From: Candidatus Aldehydirespirator sp.
GTDB lineage: Bacteria > Actinomycetota > Acidimicrobiia > Acidimicrobiales > Aldehydirespiratoraceae
DNA length: 64,000 nucleotides
NCBI GenBank assembly: GCA_965221215.1
Contig: OZ244872.1
Coordinates: forward strand, 1,867,601-1,931,600
Direction: 5' to 3'
Under the pieces are notes generated by a model that saw only the letters and a program-made list of their open reading frames with translations, was not told the origin of the DNA and made no database searches. Below, piece by piece: positions 46,664 to 56,040 of this stretch. Numbering within the stretch: the first letter of the stretch is position 1; each line of letters opens with the position of its first letter. The position numbers were made by a program, and so were the translations under genes.

Positions 46664-46723
46664 GCTGTGTCGCTGGGATGCAGCGTCGCCGGGATTCAGC
46701 CTCAGGTGCTCAGGGTCGCCCTC

Positions 46724-48022
46724 TCAGCTTTTGCCCTCGCCGCCGCGACGGCGCAGCGAGGCCAGGATGTCCACCCCGGTGGCGGCCTCGATCTGCTCGG
46801 TCATGGCCACCAGCGAAGCCGGAAGCTGGCTCATCAGCCCCGGAATCCCCCCTCGGGACCCGCCGTCTCCGCTGCTGTCGCCGTTGCCGCCCGCACCGGT
46901 GTCCACCACCGCCACCCGGTCGATGCTCACGTTCTGCACGGTGGCGACGATCTTGTCGACCAGGTCCGGCAGCATGTTGAGCACCAGCACGTCGTGGCCG
47001 TCGGCGCCGGCCGCCTGGTACTGGTCGGTGAGCCGCTTGAACACCTCGACCTGGGCCTTGCCGTCCTCGACGATGGTGGCCGCCTCGGCCTGGGCCTGGA
47101 GCTGGCGGGCCTCGAGGTCGGCGCGGGCCGGCACCACCACGTCGGCCTCCACCCGGCGCTTCTCCAACTCGATGCGCTCGGTCTCCAGATCCTGGCTGGC
47201 CACCGCCTTGGCCGTCTCGCCGGCCACCAGCGCCTCCTCCTCGCGGGCCCGGGAGATGGCCTCGAGCTCGGCGGTGCGCACCCGCAGCGCGTTCTGCTCC
47301 TCCACGATGGTCTTGTCGGCCTCGATCTGGGCCACCTGGGCGGTGCGGCGGGCGGCCGCCTCGGCCTGCTCGGACTCTGCGGTGCGGTTGGCCTCGGCCA
47401 CCCGGGCGTCGCGGATCACCTCGGCGGTGAGGCGCCGGCCCACCGACTCGAGGTAGTTCACGTCGTCGGTGACGTTCTGGATCTTGAGCACGTCGAGCTC
47501 GAGTCCCAGCGTCTTGATGTCGTCGTCGGCCTCGTCGATGAGCTGCTGGCCGAACTTGAGCCGGTCCTCGTTGACCTCTTCGGGCGACATGGTGGCCAGC
47601 ACGCCCCGCAGGTTGGCCTCCAGGGTCTCTTTGGCGATCTTGCCGATGTGGGTGTGGTCGACGTGCAGGAAGCGCTCGGCCGCATTCTCAAGCAGTCCCT
47701 CGCCGCTCGACACCTTGACGTTGGCGATGCCCATCACGTTGAGGGGTATGGCGCCGCGCGAGTAGGCGTTCTGCACGGCCACCTCGAGCGGGATGGTGTT
47801 GAGGTCCATCCAGGCCACCCGCTCGATGAGGGGGATCCGCAGCGTGCGCCCGCCCTTGAGGATCCGGTAGCCCACGGTGCGCCCGTCGGACAGGGTCCGC
47901 TTGCGGCCCGAGATCACCGCCACCCGGTTGGGCGGGCAGATCACGATCAGCGACCGCACGATCAAGATCACAAAGAGAACGGCCAGCGCCACAGCGATTC
48001 CGGCCACCAGTGCTGAAGACAT
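46724..48022 (-). CDS. SPFH/flotillin-family protein
   Basis: N-terminal TM, a band-7 region (VISGRK..GYRILKGG..IPL) and a long Ala/Glu-rich coiled coil. Confidence 0.8.
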   Translation of the reverse strand: MSSALVAGIAVALAVLFVILIVRSLIVICPPNRVAVISGRKRTLSDGRTVGYRILKGGRTLRIPLIERVAWMDLNTIPLEVAVQNAYSRGAIPLNVMGIANVKVSSGEGLLENAAERFLHVDHTHIGKIAKETLEANLRGVLATMSPEEVNEDRLKFGQQLIDEADDDIKTLGLELDVLKIQNVTDDVNYLESVGRRLTAEVIRDARVAEANRTAESEQAEAAARRTAQVAQIEADKTIVEEQNALRVRTAELEAISRAREEEALVAGETAKAVASQDLETERIELEKRRVEADVVVPARADLEARQLQAQAEAATIVEDGKAQVEVFKRLTDQYQAAGADGHDVLVLNMLPDLVDKIVATVQNVSIDRVAVVDTGAGGNGDSSGDGGSRGGIPGLMSQLPASLVAMTEQIEAATGVDILASLRRRGGEGKS

Positions 48023-48118
48023 TGCGTCTACCTCCCACGCGTGCCGCGGGCCTCGAACCCACGGCCCGGCCGAGCGTAACCAGCCCCTCCCAGCCCCACA
48101 AGGGCGCGTTCAGGCCCA

Positions 48119-48216
48119 GAGGCCGAGCGAGTTAGTGAGCGAGTCCGGCCCATACGGGCGAGGCCGTGGCCCGAGCGGCCCGTGAGCGCTGCGAACAAGA
48201 GCGGGAATTCGCGCGG
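48119..48216 (+). repeat. MITE/REP-like element, copy C (short variant, 3'-truncated)
   Basis: GAGGCCGAGCGAGTTAGTGAGCGAGTCCGGCCCATACGGGCGAGGCCGTGGCCCGAGCGGCCCGTGAGCGCTGCGAACAAGAGCGGGAAT. Lies between nfeD-like and the flotillin gene. Confidence 0.75.
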
Positions 48217-48756
48217 CTATTCCAGTTCAGGGTCGAGGCGGGTGACGAGGGCGACGCCGCCCTCGATGCGCACCACGATGACCCTCGCCCCGGCCTCGAT
48301 GGCCCGGCCATCGTCGAGGGGATCGATGGGGGCGGCGGTCATCTGGGTGCGGGCGCCGGCCACGGTGAGCACGATGCGGCCCCGATGCTCGTTCGACATC
48401 GGCAGCGACACGCGGGCGATGCTGCCCTCGATCTCCTGGTCGCTCACGTCACTGGAGGCCTCGCTGCGGCGCAGGTAGGCGAAGGCGGCGCTGTTGAGCG
48501 CGCCGGCCAGCACCCCGACCACCAGGGCCAGCAGAAGCGTGAACACCGCGCCGGTTCCGAGCCACTCCGACGCCAGCCCGGTGGCGCCGAAGAACGTGGC
48601 CACGAAGGCGAGACTGCTCAGCGGTATCACCGACAACACGTCAGACAGCCCGTCCATCTCCGCGCCCGCGTCCGCCTCGGCGTCGCCGCCGCTGAACACG
48701 AACCACAGCAGCACCGGCGCCCCCGCCGCCAGCATGAAGGCATACAGCCAAGTCAT
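48217..48756 (-). CDS. NfeD-like membrane protein
   Basis: Three to four TM spans plus a C-terminal OB-like GRIVLTVAGARTQM..VIVVRIEGGVALV. Sits upstream of the flotillin gene, the classic pairing. Confidence 0.7.
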   Translation of the reverse strand: MTWLYAFMLAAGAPVLLWFVFSGGDAEADAGAEMDGLSDVLSVIPLSSLAFVATFFGATGLASEWLGTGAVFTLLLALVVGVLAGALNSAAFAYLRRSEASSDVSDQEIEGSIARVSLPMSNEHRGRIVLTVAGARTQMTAAPIDPLDDGRAIEAGARVIVVRIEGGVALVTRLDPELE

Positions 48757-48780
48757 CGGGCCGCTCCAGCCCCCGCCGTC

Positions 48781-48860
48781 CGACGGGTGCCTACTACGCC
48801 AATCGCCGCCGCTTCACGGGTGCCTACTACCCCAGTCGCCGCAGACTCACGGGTGCCGAG
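48781..48860. repeat. 33-bp tandem direct repeat, about 2.4 units
   Basis: CGACGGGTGCCTACTACGCCAATCGCCGCCGCT / TCACGGGTGCCTACTACCCCAGTCGCCGCAGAC / TCACGGGTGCCGAG, in the divergent spacer between nfeD-like and the cyclase gene. Confidence 0.8.
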
Positions 48861-48942
48861 GGCCGGGGCGAACATGGGCCAAAGCTAGTATCGCCACCGT
48901 GAGGTCCGCACCGGGTTTCTGCTGGCGGGCACCGCAGGCGCG

Positions 48943-49905
48943 ATGAGCTTCACCGACGCCTTCTTCGCGGTGCGCGACGAGGTGCGCAACTGGGGGCGCT
49001 GGGGCGACGCCGACCGCCTCGGCACGCTCAACCTGATCACCGACGACGCGGTGGCCCACGCCGCCTCGCTGGTGCGCACCGGCCGGCGGGTGTCGTGCGC
49101 ACTCGATCTCAGTCACTCCGGCGGCGTGCAGACCGGCCAGATGCACGGGCGGATCAACCCGCTGCACACCATGGTCAAGATCCACAGCCCCGACCTGGGC
49201 GACGCCGACGGCACCGGAATGGTCGCCCACTTCTCCGACGACATCGTGACCATGCCCCTTCAGGCCGCCACTCACTGGGACGGCCTCTCCCATGTGAGCT
49301 ACGACAACACCCTCTACAACGGGGTGCCGGTCTCGTCGATCAATCCCACCGGCGGCGCCACCGTGCTCGGGATCGAGAACGTCCGCCACCTCACCGGACG
49401 GGGCGTGCTGCTCGACGTTTGCGCGGCCAAGGGCGTCGACCGGCTCGCCAGCGATCACGAGGTCACCGGCGACGACCTAGACGAGGCGGCCGAGCACGCC
49501 GGGGTGGCCATGCGGCCCGGCGACATCGTGCTGCTGCGCACCGGTCGGATCCAGGTGTTCCGCGAGATGGGGGCGCAGCCCTATGTGACCGGGCCCGAAG
49601 CCGACGGGACCAGCCCGGGGCCCGGCTTCGACGCGGTGCGCTGGTTCTGGCGCAACGACGTGGCCGCGGTGGCCAATGACACCTACATCTTCGAGATCTT
49701 CCCCGGCCCGAGTTGGGACGACGCTCTGGGCGTGCACTGCCTGCATGTGGTGGACATGGGCATGACCCAGGGCCAGAACTGGGATCTGGAAGCCCTGGCG
49801 GAGGCCTGCGCCGAGGAGGGCCGCTACGAGTTCCTGCTGCAGGCCAACCCGGAGCCCTTCGTGGGCGGCTGCGGCTCCCCCGTCAACCCGGTGGCCGTCC
49901 TATGA
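48943..49905 (+). CDS. Cyclase-family protein (kynurenine formamidase-like fold)
   Basis: 320 aa: WGDADRLGTLNLIT..THWDGLSHV. Confidence 0.65.
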   Translation: MSFTDAFFAVRDEVRNWGRWGDADRLGTLNLITDDAVAHAASLVRTGRRVSCALDLSHSGGVQTGQMHGRINPLHTMVKIHSPDLGDADGTGMVAHFSDDIVTMPLQAATHWDGLSHVSYDNTLYNGVPVSSINPTGGATVLGIENVRHLTGRGVLLDVCAAKGVDRLASDHEVTGDDLDEAAEHAGVAMRPGDIVLLRTGRIQVFREMGAQPYVTGPEADGTSPGPGFDAVRWFWRNDVAAVANDTYIFEIFPGPSWDDALGVHCLHVVDMGMTQGQNWDLEALAEACAEEGRYEFLLQANPEPFVGGCGSPVNPVAVL

Positions 49906-50861
49906 GCCCCGCTCCTCGGGCCATGACTAACGACCGGGCCGCTGGACCGGAGGTTGCAGTGGTGGGCAGCGCCAACCTCGACCTGGTGGTGGAGGTGGAG
50001 GCGGTGCCGGTGGCGGGCGAGACGGTCCGCGGCGGTGACCTGCGGCGCATCCCCGGCGGCAAGGGCGCCAACCAGGCCGTGGCCGCGTCTCGCCTCGGAC
50101 GGCGGGTCGCCATGATCGGACGGGTCGGCGACGATGACGCGGGCGCGATGCTGCGCGCCGCCATGGACTCCAGCGGCGTCGACACTGCCGGGCTGCTGAC
50201 CACCGGGGGCACCGCCAGCGGCACCGCCCTGATCGCGGTGGGCGCCGACGGCGACAACGCCATCGTGGTGAGTCCGGGCGCCAACCGCCGCCTCAGCTCC
50301 GACGATGTGCAGAGCGCGGCGGAAGTGCTCGGCGCCGCTGCGGTGGTGCTGCTGCAACTCGAGGTGCCGCTGGAGGCGGTGGCGGCCGCGGTGCGCTGCG
50401 CCCAGGGCACGGTGGTGCTCAACCCCGCACCGGCGCCGGCGGCGCCGCTTCCCGCCGATCTGCTCGACGGGGTGGACGTGATCGTCCCCAACCAGACCGA
50501 GCTGGCCACCATGGCGAGACACGCCGGACTCTCCCCTATCGGCGGCGTCGACCCCGAGACCGCGGTGGCGCTGGCCCGGGGTCTGCCGGTGGCGGCTGCG
50601 GTGGTGACCCTGGGCGCGGCCGGTGCCATGGTGGTCACCCCCACCGATGCCACCCATGTGCCCGCGCCGACGGTAGTGCCCGTCGACAGCACCGCAGCGG
50701 GCGACGCCTTCTGCGCGGCGCTGGCCGACGCGCTCGTGTCCGGCGCCGATCTGGTGCGCGCCGCGGAGTGGGCCGTCAAGGTGGGAGCGGCCACCACGCT
50801 GCGCCACGGCGCCCAGCCCTCCCTGCCAACCCCCGCCGACATAGAGCACTTGCTGAGCTAA
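49902..50861 (+). CDS. rbsK: Ribokinase (PfkB family)
   Basis: VVGSANLDLVV, PGGKGANQAVAASRLG, DSTAAGDAF. ATGA overlap with the upstream gene. Confidence 0.8.
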   Translation: MSPAPRAMTNDRAAGPEVAVVGSANLDLVVEVEAVPVAGETVRGGDLRRIPGGKGANQAVAASRLGRRVAMIGRVGDDDAGAMLRAAMDSSGVDTAGLLTTGGTASGTALIAVGADGDNAIVVSPGANRRLSSDDVQSAAEVLGAAAVVLLQLEVPLEAVAAAVRCAQGTVVLNPAPAPAAPLPADLLDGVDVIVPNQTELATMARHAGLSPIGGVDPETAVALARGLPVAAAVVTLGAAGAMVVTPTDATHVPAPTVVPVDSTAAGDAFCAALADALVSGADLVRAAEWAVKVGAATTLRHGAQPSLPTPADIEHLLS

Positions 50862-50990
50862 GAGGGCGCTCAAATAGGCGAGAGCCAGTCGTGTCGCAGC
50901 GGGGTCATTCCCGCTCCTGTTCTCTGCACTCATGGGCCACCCAAACCCCAGCGTCATCGAGCTGACAGCCGGATAAGCCCGGTTCATTTC
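50862..50990 (-). repeat. MITE/REP-like element, copy D (long variant, one end diverged)
   Basis: AGAGGGCGCTCAAATAGGCGAGAGCCAGTCGTGTCGCAGCGGGGTCATTCCCGCTCCTGTTCTCTGCACTCATGGGCCACCCAAACCCCAGCGTCA... Confidence 0.7.
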
Positions 50991-51016
50991 AGATATGTCA
51001 GCGGGTCGGGTCCAGG

Positions 51017-51568
51017 TCAAGCCTCAAAATAGGCACGATCTCGAACACCCCGATGAACAGGTCGCAGCGAGCGGCCCACCTTCTCGATGGCATTCGCGAT
51101 GTCACGGGCTTCGGTCGCCGAGATGTCGCCGTTGGCTACAGCCGTTTGGAGGATCTGGATCGAGTCGATCACTCTGCCCGGGCCGAGCGAGGGTCGCCGG
51201 GCAGCAAACTCGTAGGCACCGTTGTCGTCGGTGGCGAACTGTCCCCAGAGCTTCTCGGCGAAGTAGATGCCCTCGGCTTCGCCACGATCCCCCCTTGGCG
51301 GCTCCCGTCCGTCGTTGAGACCCACCTGAAGGCGGTACACGTCACCCATTTCGGCAACGCTTGGCACGGCAGGGTCTCCGAGCCAGGCCGCGGCAAGGAC
51401 GTCGGCACAGTGGCTCTTGCCTGCATGCATGGCTGACTTGATCTCGGCGCGGATTCCCTCTGTCCATCTGGGCTCCGGCCGGTGGCCGTGGCAGTCCCGC
51501 AGCACATCCAGTCGCTGGACAGCCGCGAAGTGGCGAAGCGTGACAGCGTCATGGATCACCGGGTCCAT
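51017..51568 (-). CDS. PIN-like nuclease-domain protein (DUF4411-like), partner of XRE-ImmA
   Basis: 183 aa with acidic positions in PIN order: VIHDAVTLRHF, DRGEAEGIYFA, FATDDNGAYEF. Lies 22 nt downstream of the ImmA gene. Confidence 0.55.
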   Translation of the reverse strand: MDPVIHDAVTLRHFAAVQRLDVLRDCHGHRPEPRWTEGIRAEIKSAMHAGKSHCADVLAAAWLGDPAVPSVAEMGDVYRLQVGLNDGREPPRGDRGEAEGIYFAEKLWGQFATDDNGAYEFAARRPSLGPGRVIDSIQILQTAVANGDISATEARDIANAIEKVGRSLRPVHRGVRDRAYFEA

Positions 51569-51590
51569 GCTCCGATGGTACGAGCCGGTT

Positions 51591-52826
51591 TCAGGCTGCT
51601 ACGGGATCCTCGTCAAATGCCTGGATCGCGATGTCTGGAGGATCCTGAGGGGTCGAGTAGTCGCTATCGATGGCGCTTGCCGCCTCCGGTCCGATGGAGT
51701 TGAGCGCCTCGATCATGTTGTCCACGTCAACGTCGAGTAGCTGCGCCAGGGGCCCAGCCCCGACGGTTCCATCCAACGCGCCTCGCAGACACCGCGCGGC
51801 GAGCAGTGCGGGCGGGCGCCTCTCGGGCCTGGCTCCCCGCGCTGCAAGCAGGCTGCGAGCCATCCCGTCGTCCTCAAGGTGCTCGACCAATCCGGTCCAG
51901 CCGATGCTCCGCAAGCGATCTCGTCCGTGGGCGTTGATGATCTGGAGGTTGTGCAGGCGATAGACGAGCGTCTCGTAGCTGACTTCGAATCTTATAAGCA
52001 TCCGTGCCAGAGACTCCGCCCCGCGACCGTGCTCCTTGATGATTCCGAGAACTTTGGACTCTGGCATCAACAGTGCAGCGGCGAACGCATTGGCCAGCCG
52101 TTCCTCATTGGATCGGGCCCGCAGATCCCGGTCAATGTTGATCATTGCCCCATCGCCGCTGAGTACGTGCCCCAACTCGTGAGCCAGCGTGAACAGAGCC
52201 CGAGATCTGAGCTGGTCGGCGTTCACCAGTATGAACGAGAACTCGACATCGGTGATCGACAAGCCGAGCGGTGAATCCTTGCCTAGGCGCTCGACCATTA
52301 CATCCACGCCCAAGCTGTCCTCAATGGCCGAGGCCAACTCAGTCAGACGATCCTCTCCCTCGGTAGCCGGATCGAGACGATGCAAGGCCCAGTCGGCTAG
52401 AGCGTTGGCGTGTTCCAGCCATCTGGGATCGCGGCTTGGAAGCCCGCCAATTTGGGCAGCGGCAGGATGCCCGCCGTCGCTCAGCACTTGGTGCAGTTCC
52501 GCCAGAGCTGTGATTCGCATCCGAGTGCTCCGGCTACCGCCGTCATCGCCGTTGGTGCGGTGAGCGACCGGAAGCCGCCCCAAGAGCGAGTGGGGCTCGA
52601 GGATGGCCAGTTGTGACACACCCAGGAAGTTCGCGATGGCAGCGAGTTCGGAGGCCTTCACGTTTCGCCGGCCGTGTTCGAGGTTGGACACGGCGCTGGC
52701 GTCTACCCCCAGCGCGTCCGCGAGATCCGCGGCCTTGAGTCCCGCAGCCTCTCTCAGCCGCCGGATCTGGCGACCGATGGACACCTCCACAGCGACAGTA
52801 TGGGCCGCATCTTGTGGAAATCGCAA
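51591..52826 (-). CDS. XRE-family HTH fused to an ImmA/IrrE (COG2856) zinc metallopeptidase
   Basis: HTH IGRQIRRLREAAGLKAADLADALGVDASAVSNLEHGRR; peptidase FTLAHELGHVL; NAFAAALLMPE. Confidence 0.85.
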   Translation of the reverse strand: MRFPQDAAHTVAVEVSIGRQIRRLREAAGLKAADLADALGVDASAVSNLEHGRRNVKASELAAIANFLGVSQLAILEPHSLLGRLPVAHRTNGDDGGSRSTRMRITALAELHQVLSDGGHPAAAQIGGLPSRDPRWLEHANALADWALHRLDPATEGEDRLTELASAIEDSLGVDVMVERLGKDSPLGLSITDVEFSFILVNADQLRSRALFTLAHELGHVLSGDGAMINIDRDLRARSNEERLANAFAAALLMPESKVLGIIKEHGRGAESLARMLIRFEVSYETLVYRLHNLQIINAHGRDRLRSIGWTGLVEHLEDDGMARSLLAARGARPERRPPALLAARCLRGALDGTVGAGPLAQLLDVDVDNMIEALNSIGPEAASAIDSDYSTPQDPPDIAIQAFDEDPVAA

Positions 52827-52909
52827 GTACTCCTGCGCGTGAGCTGCCCTGTCGTCGGATCAAGTCGTATGTTCTGGAGTGGACAAGAGAGCCTGAGGGC
52901 CGCTATGCG

Positions 52910-53713
52910 CTAGCGGCTAAGGACGAGGGTGGACCATTCGCCTTCGGTGCGGCGCTCCACTTCCGCCAGAGGGTGCAGGAAGCCCGCGGCCTGAGAGCAC
53001 TGCGACGGCGAGAGGCCCCCGACGGCGAGCCAGCCACCCGGTGCGGTGTGCGACACCAGTTCGTCGGCGAGCGCCGCGACACCCGCTCTGGCGATGTTGG
53101 CCACCACGGCGTCGAAGCGACCCGCGATGTCCGCAAGAGGGGCGAGCGTCGTTTCCAGCTGAGAGCTCACGGCGTTGATGGCCGCGTTGCGCTTCGCTGC
53201 TTGGACCGCCTCATCGGCGATGTCGACCGCCACGACCCGGGCTGCGCCCAGCCGCAGAGCGCACAACCCCAGAATCCCGCTGCCGCAGCCGACGTCGAGC
53301 ACCCGCTCGCCACCGGTGATCCGCTCCAGCAGCACCTCGATCATCTGACGGGTGGTGGGATGGTGGCCGTTGCCAAACCCGCCGAAGCCCAACTCGACCA
53401 GCCCCGGCCGGTCGCGACGATCATGCTCCGACCAGGCCGGACAAACCGTGAGCCGGCCGCCAAAACACACGGGTCGAGTGTCGGCGATCCACCTCGGCAG
53501 CGCCGCGCCGCCCTGAGGCTTCGTCACCGCCACCAGGCCCTCGGCCCGAAGCGACGCCGCCATCCCAGCCGCACCGGTTGCATCGTCAAGTGTCGCCAGC
53601 ACCACCCGCCGAGCGCGGCCGGGCTCCACCACCTCCAGCGAACGCACACCAAGCGCCATGAGCCGCCCAACAACCCCAGCCAAATCGCCAACAGTGGTAG
53701 CCACCACAATCAT
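52910..53713 (-). CDS. Class I SAM-dependent methyltransferase, PrmA-like
   Basis: VLDVGCGSGILGLCALRLGAARVVAVDI; FDAVVANI. Start trimmed to MIVVATT because the first 10 codons of the ORF derive from the adjacent remnant. Confidence 0.65.
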   Translation of the reverse strand: MIVVATTVGDLAGVVGRLMALGVRSLEVVEPGRARRVVLATLDDATGAAGMAASLRAEGLVAVTKPQGGAALPRWIADTRPVCFGGRLTVCPAWSEHDRRDRPGLVELGFGGFGNGHHPTTRQMIEVLLERITGGERVLDVGCGSGILGLCALRLGAARVVAVDIADEAVQAAKRNAAINAVSSQLETTLAPLADIAGRFDAVVANIARAGVAALADELVSHTAPGGWLAVGGLSPSQCSQAAGFLHPLAEVERRTEGEWSTLVLSR

Positions 53714-53720
53714 CACCCCA

Positions 53721-53900
53721 GTGTCGCAGCGCGACAGCCTCATGGATCACCGGACCCACGCTTCGATGGCACAAGCCGGCGAACACACTGGCCAGCCGCT
53801 CCTCATCGGATCGCGCCCGCAGGTCCCGGTCGACGTTGATCGTTGCGCCGTCACCGTTGAGGACGTGCCCCACTCGTGAGCCCGGTTGAACAGAGCTCTG
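53721..53900 (-). pseudogene. Decayed remnant of a second PIN-like/ImmA module
   Basis: 53721..53778 aligns to 51530..51590 (PIN-like 5' end plus spacer). 53779..53900 aligns to 52081..52205 (ImmA interior, HELGHVLNGDGATINVDRDLRARSDEERLA). About 80% identity by eye, with roughly 490 bp missing between the two segments. Confidence 0.7.
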
Positions 53901-53968
53901 GATCCACCAGGCGACAGAGGACCTCCAGGAAGCAGCGTGTCACAGGTGGTGCGTACAGTCCGGGCTCG

Positions 53969-56040
53969 ATGAGCGACGAGTCTGAACTTGCGAATGAGGC
54001 GCTGAGCCTGCTGCGGCGGCTGACCAGTGATCCCGCATCTCAGTTCCGGGCCGACCAACTCGAAGCGATCCTGGCGTTGGCGGGTGATCGGAGCCGGGTG
54101 CTGCTGGTGCAGCGGACGGGCTGGGGCAAGAGCGCGGTGTACTTCATCGCTACCCGGCTGCTGCGCGACCGTGGGCTTGGCCCCACGCTGTTGGTGTCGC
54201 CGCTCCTGGCGCTCATGCGCAACCAGATTGAGGCTGCTGAGCGTCTCGGGGTCAGAGCCGTCACCATCAACAGCTCGAACCGTGACGAGTGGGACGAGGT
54301 CGCAGGGCTGATCGAGGCAAACGCAGTAGATGTGTTGCTGATCTCGCCTGAGCGACTGGCGAACCGGCAGTTCCGCTCCCAGGTGCTGCCCATCGTCGGT
54401 CGGCGGAGCGGACTACTCGTGATCGATGAGGCCCACTGCATCTCTGACTGGGGCCATGACTTCAGGCCCGATTATCGGCGGCTGGCACGGGTGCTCGATC
54501 TGCTGCCAACCGGCGTGCCAGTGCTGTGCTGTACCGCCACTGCCAATGATCGTGTGGTGGATGACGTGACTGCCCAACTCGGAGCCGACTTCGTGCCAGT
54601 GAGGGGCACTCTTGCTCGCCGCGGCCTGCGACTCCACGCGCTGGACAAGCCGATTCAGGCGGAACGGCTGGTGTGGCTCGCCGCCGCCATCAACGATCTG
54701 CCCGGCACCGGCATCGTCTATTGCCTCACGGTCGCGGACGCCGAGCGGGTCTCAAGCTGGCTCCAGACGCAGGGCATTTCTGCGGTTGCCTACAGCGGTG
54801 ATAGCGACGACGACCACCGGCGCGCTGTCGAACAGGATTTGCTCGACAACAACGTGAAGGCTGTGGTGGCTACATCGGCTCTGGGTATGGGATTCGACAA
54901 GCCTGACCTTACGTTCGTGATCCACTACCAGTCACCGGGTTCGCCGGTGGCCTACTACCAGCAGGTCGGCCGCGCCGGACGGGGCCTCGCCGAATCATGG
55001 GGGATTCTGCTGCGGGGCACCGAGGACGCCGACATCCAGGACTACTTCATTGAGTCGGCATTCCCGCAGGCTGCTCTGGCTGAACGTGTCGTGGACCGCC
55101 TCGAGGGCACCGCCGTTTCCATGACGACGCGGGAGATCCTCGCGGAAGTGAACGTGAGGCCGGGCCGACTGGAGAACCTTCTCAAGATCCTCGAAGTGGA
55201 GGGGCGGTGGAGCGTGAGGGCCGAGGGTGGCTGCGGACGCTCCAGCCGTGGACGTTCGATACCGAGCGAGTCGCTTCGGTCACCGCGCTACGCCGGGCCG
55301 AGCAAGAGCAGATGCGCAGGTACATCACCACCGACCAATGCCGGATGCAACTGTTGCGCGGCTACCTCGACGACCACGATCCCGCACCGTGCGGGATCTG
55401 CGACAACTGCACCGGCGAGAGCATGGATCGGGCCTTCGATCCGGCCGTCGTACAGCAGGCCGTCGAATTCCTGCGCAAGTCCGAGCGGGTCATCGAGCCG
55501 CGCAAGCAGCTTCCGGACGGAAAGCGGACCGCGTTGGATGAGAGGCTTGAGGAGGGGCGCGCCCTGGCCATGTGGGGAGATGGCGGCTGGGGCCGGCTGG
55601 TGCGTAGCGGCAAACAACAAGATGGACGGTTCGACGACCAACTCGTTAGGGCGGCACGCGATCTGATCCGCGGTCGCTGGCGACCCGAGTCCGAGCCGGA
55701 GTGGGTGGCGTTCGTGCCCTCGCTGCGTCACCCCGAACTCGTGTCGGACTTCGCTCATCGGCTGGCGCAGGCGCTCGGGCTGGACTGCCTAGATGCCGTC
55801 GTCAAGGTCAGCGATACCAAGCCGCAGAAGACGATGCAGAACAGCCAACAGCAGTATCGCAATGTTGTGGACGCGTTCGAGATCAGCGGTGAAGTACCGT
55901 CGGGTTCAGTGCTGCTCGTAGACGACATGGTCGACTCGCGCTGGACGCTCACCGTTGTGGGCTCGCTGCTGCGTGAAGCAGGAGCCGGCCCGGTGTTCCC
56001 GTTCGCCTTGGCGGACACGGGCGGGAGGTCAGGCGCTTGA
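53969..56040 (+). pseudogene. RecQ-family helicase fused to a C-terminal ComF-like phosphoribosyltransferase domain; frameshifted
   Basis: QRTGWGKSAVYF, VIDEAHCISDWGHDFRPDY, TATAN, SALGMGFDKPD, YYQQVGRAGR. The frame breaks after ..KILEVEG at the G-run 55201..55204 and resumes in the +1 frame (EREGRGWLRT..CGICDNC..VLLVDDMVDSRWT). Confidence 0.75.

Noticed and set aside
41216-48016. 617-, 695- and 788-aa plus-strand ORFs opposite the binding-protein, SDR and flotillin genes
   Set aside because: Shadow ORFs with low-complexity translations.
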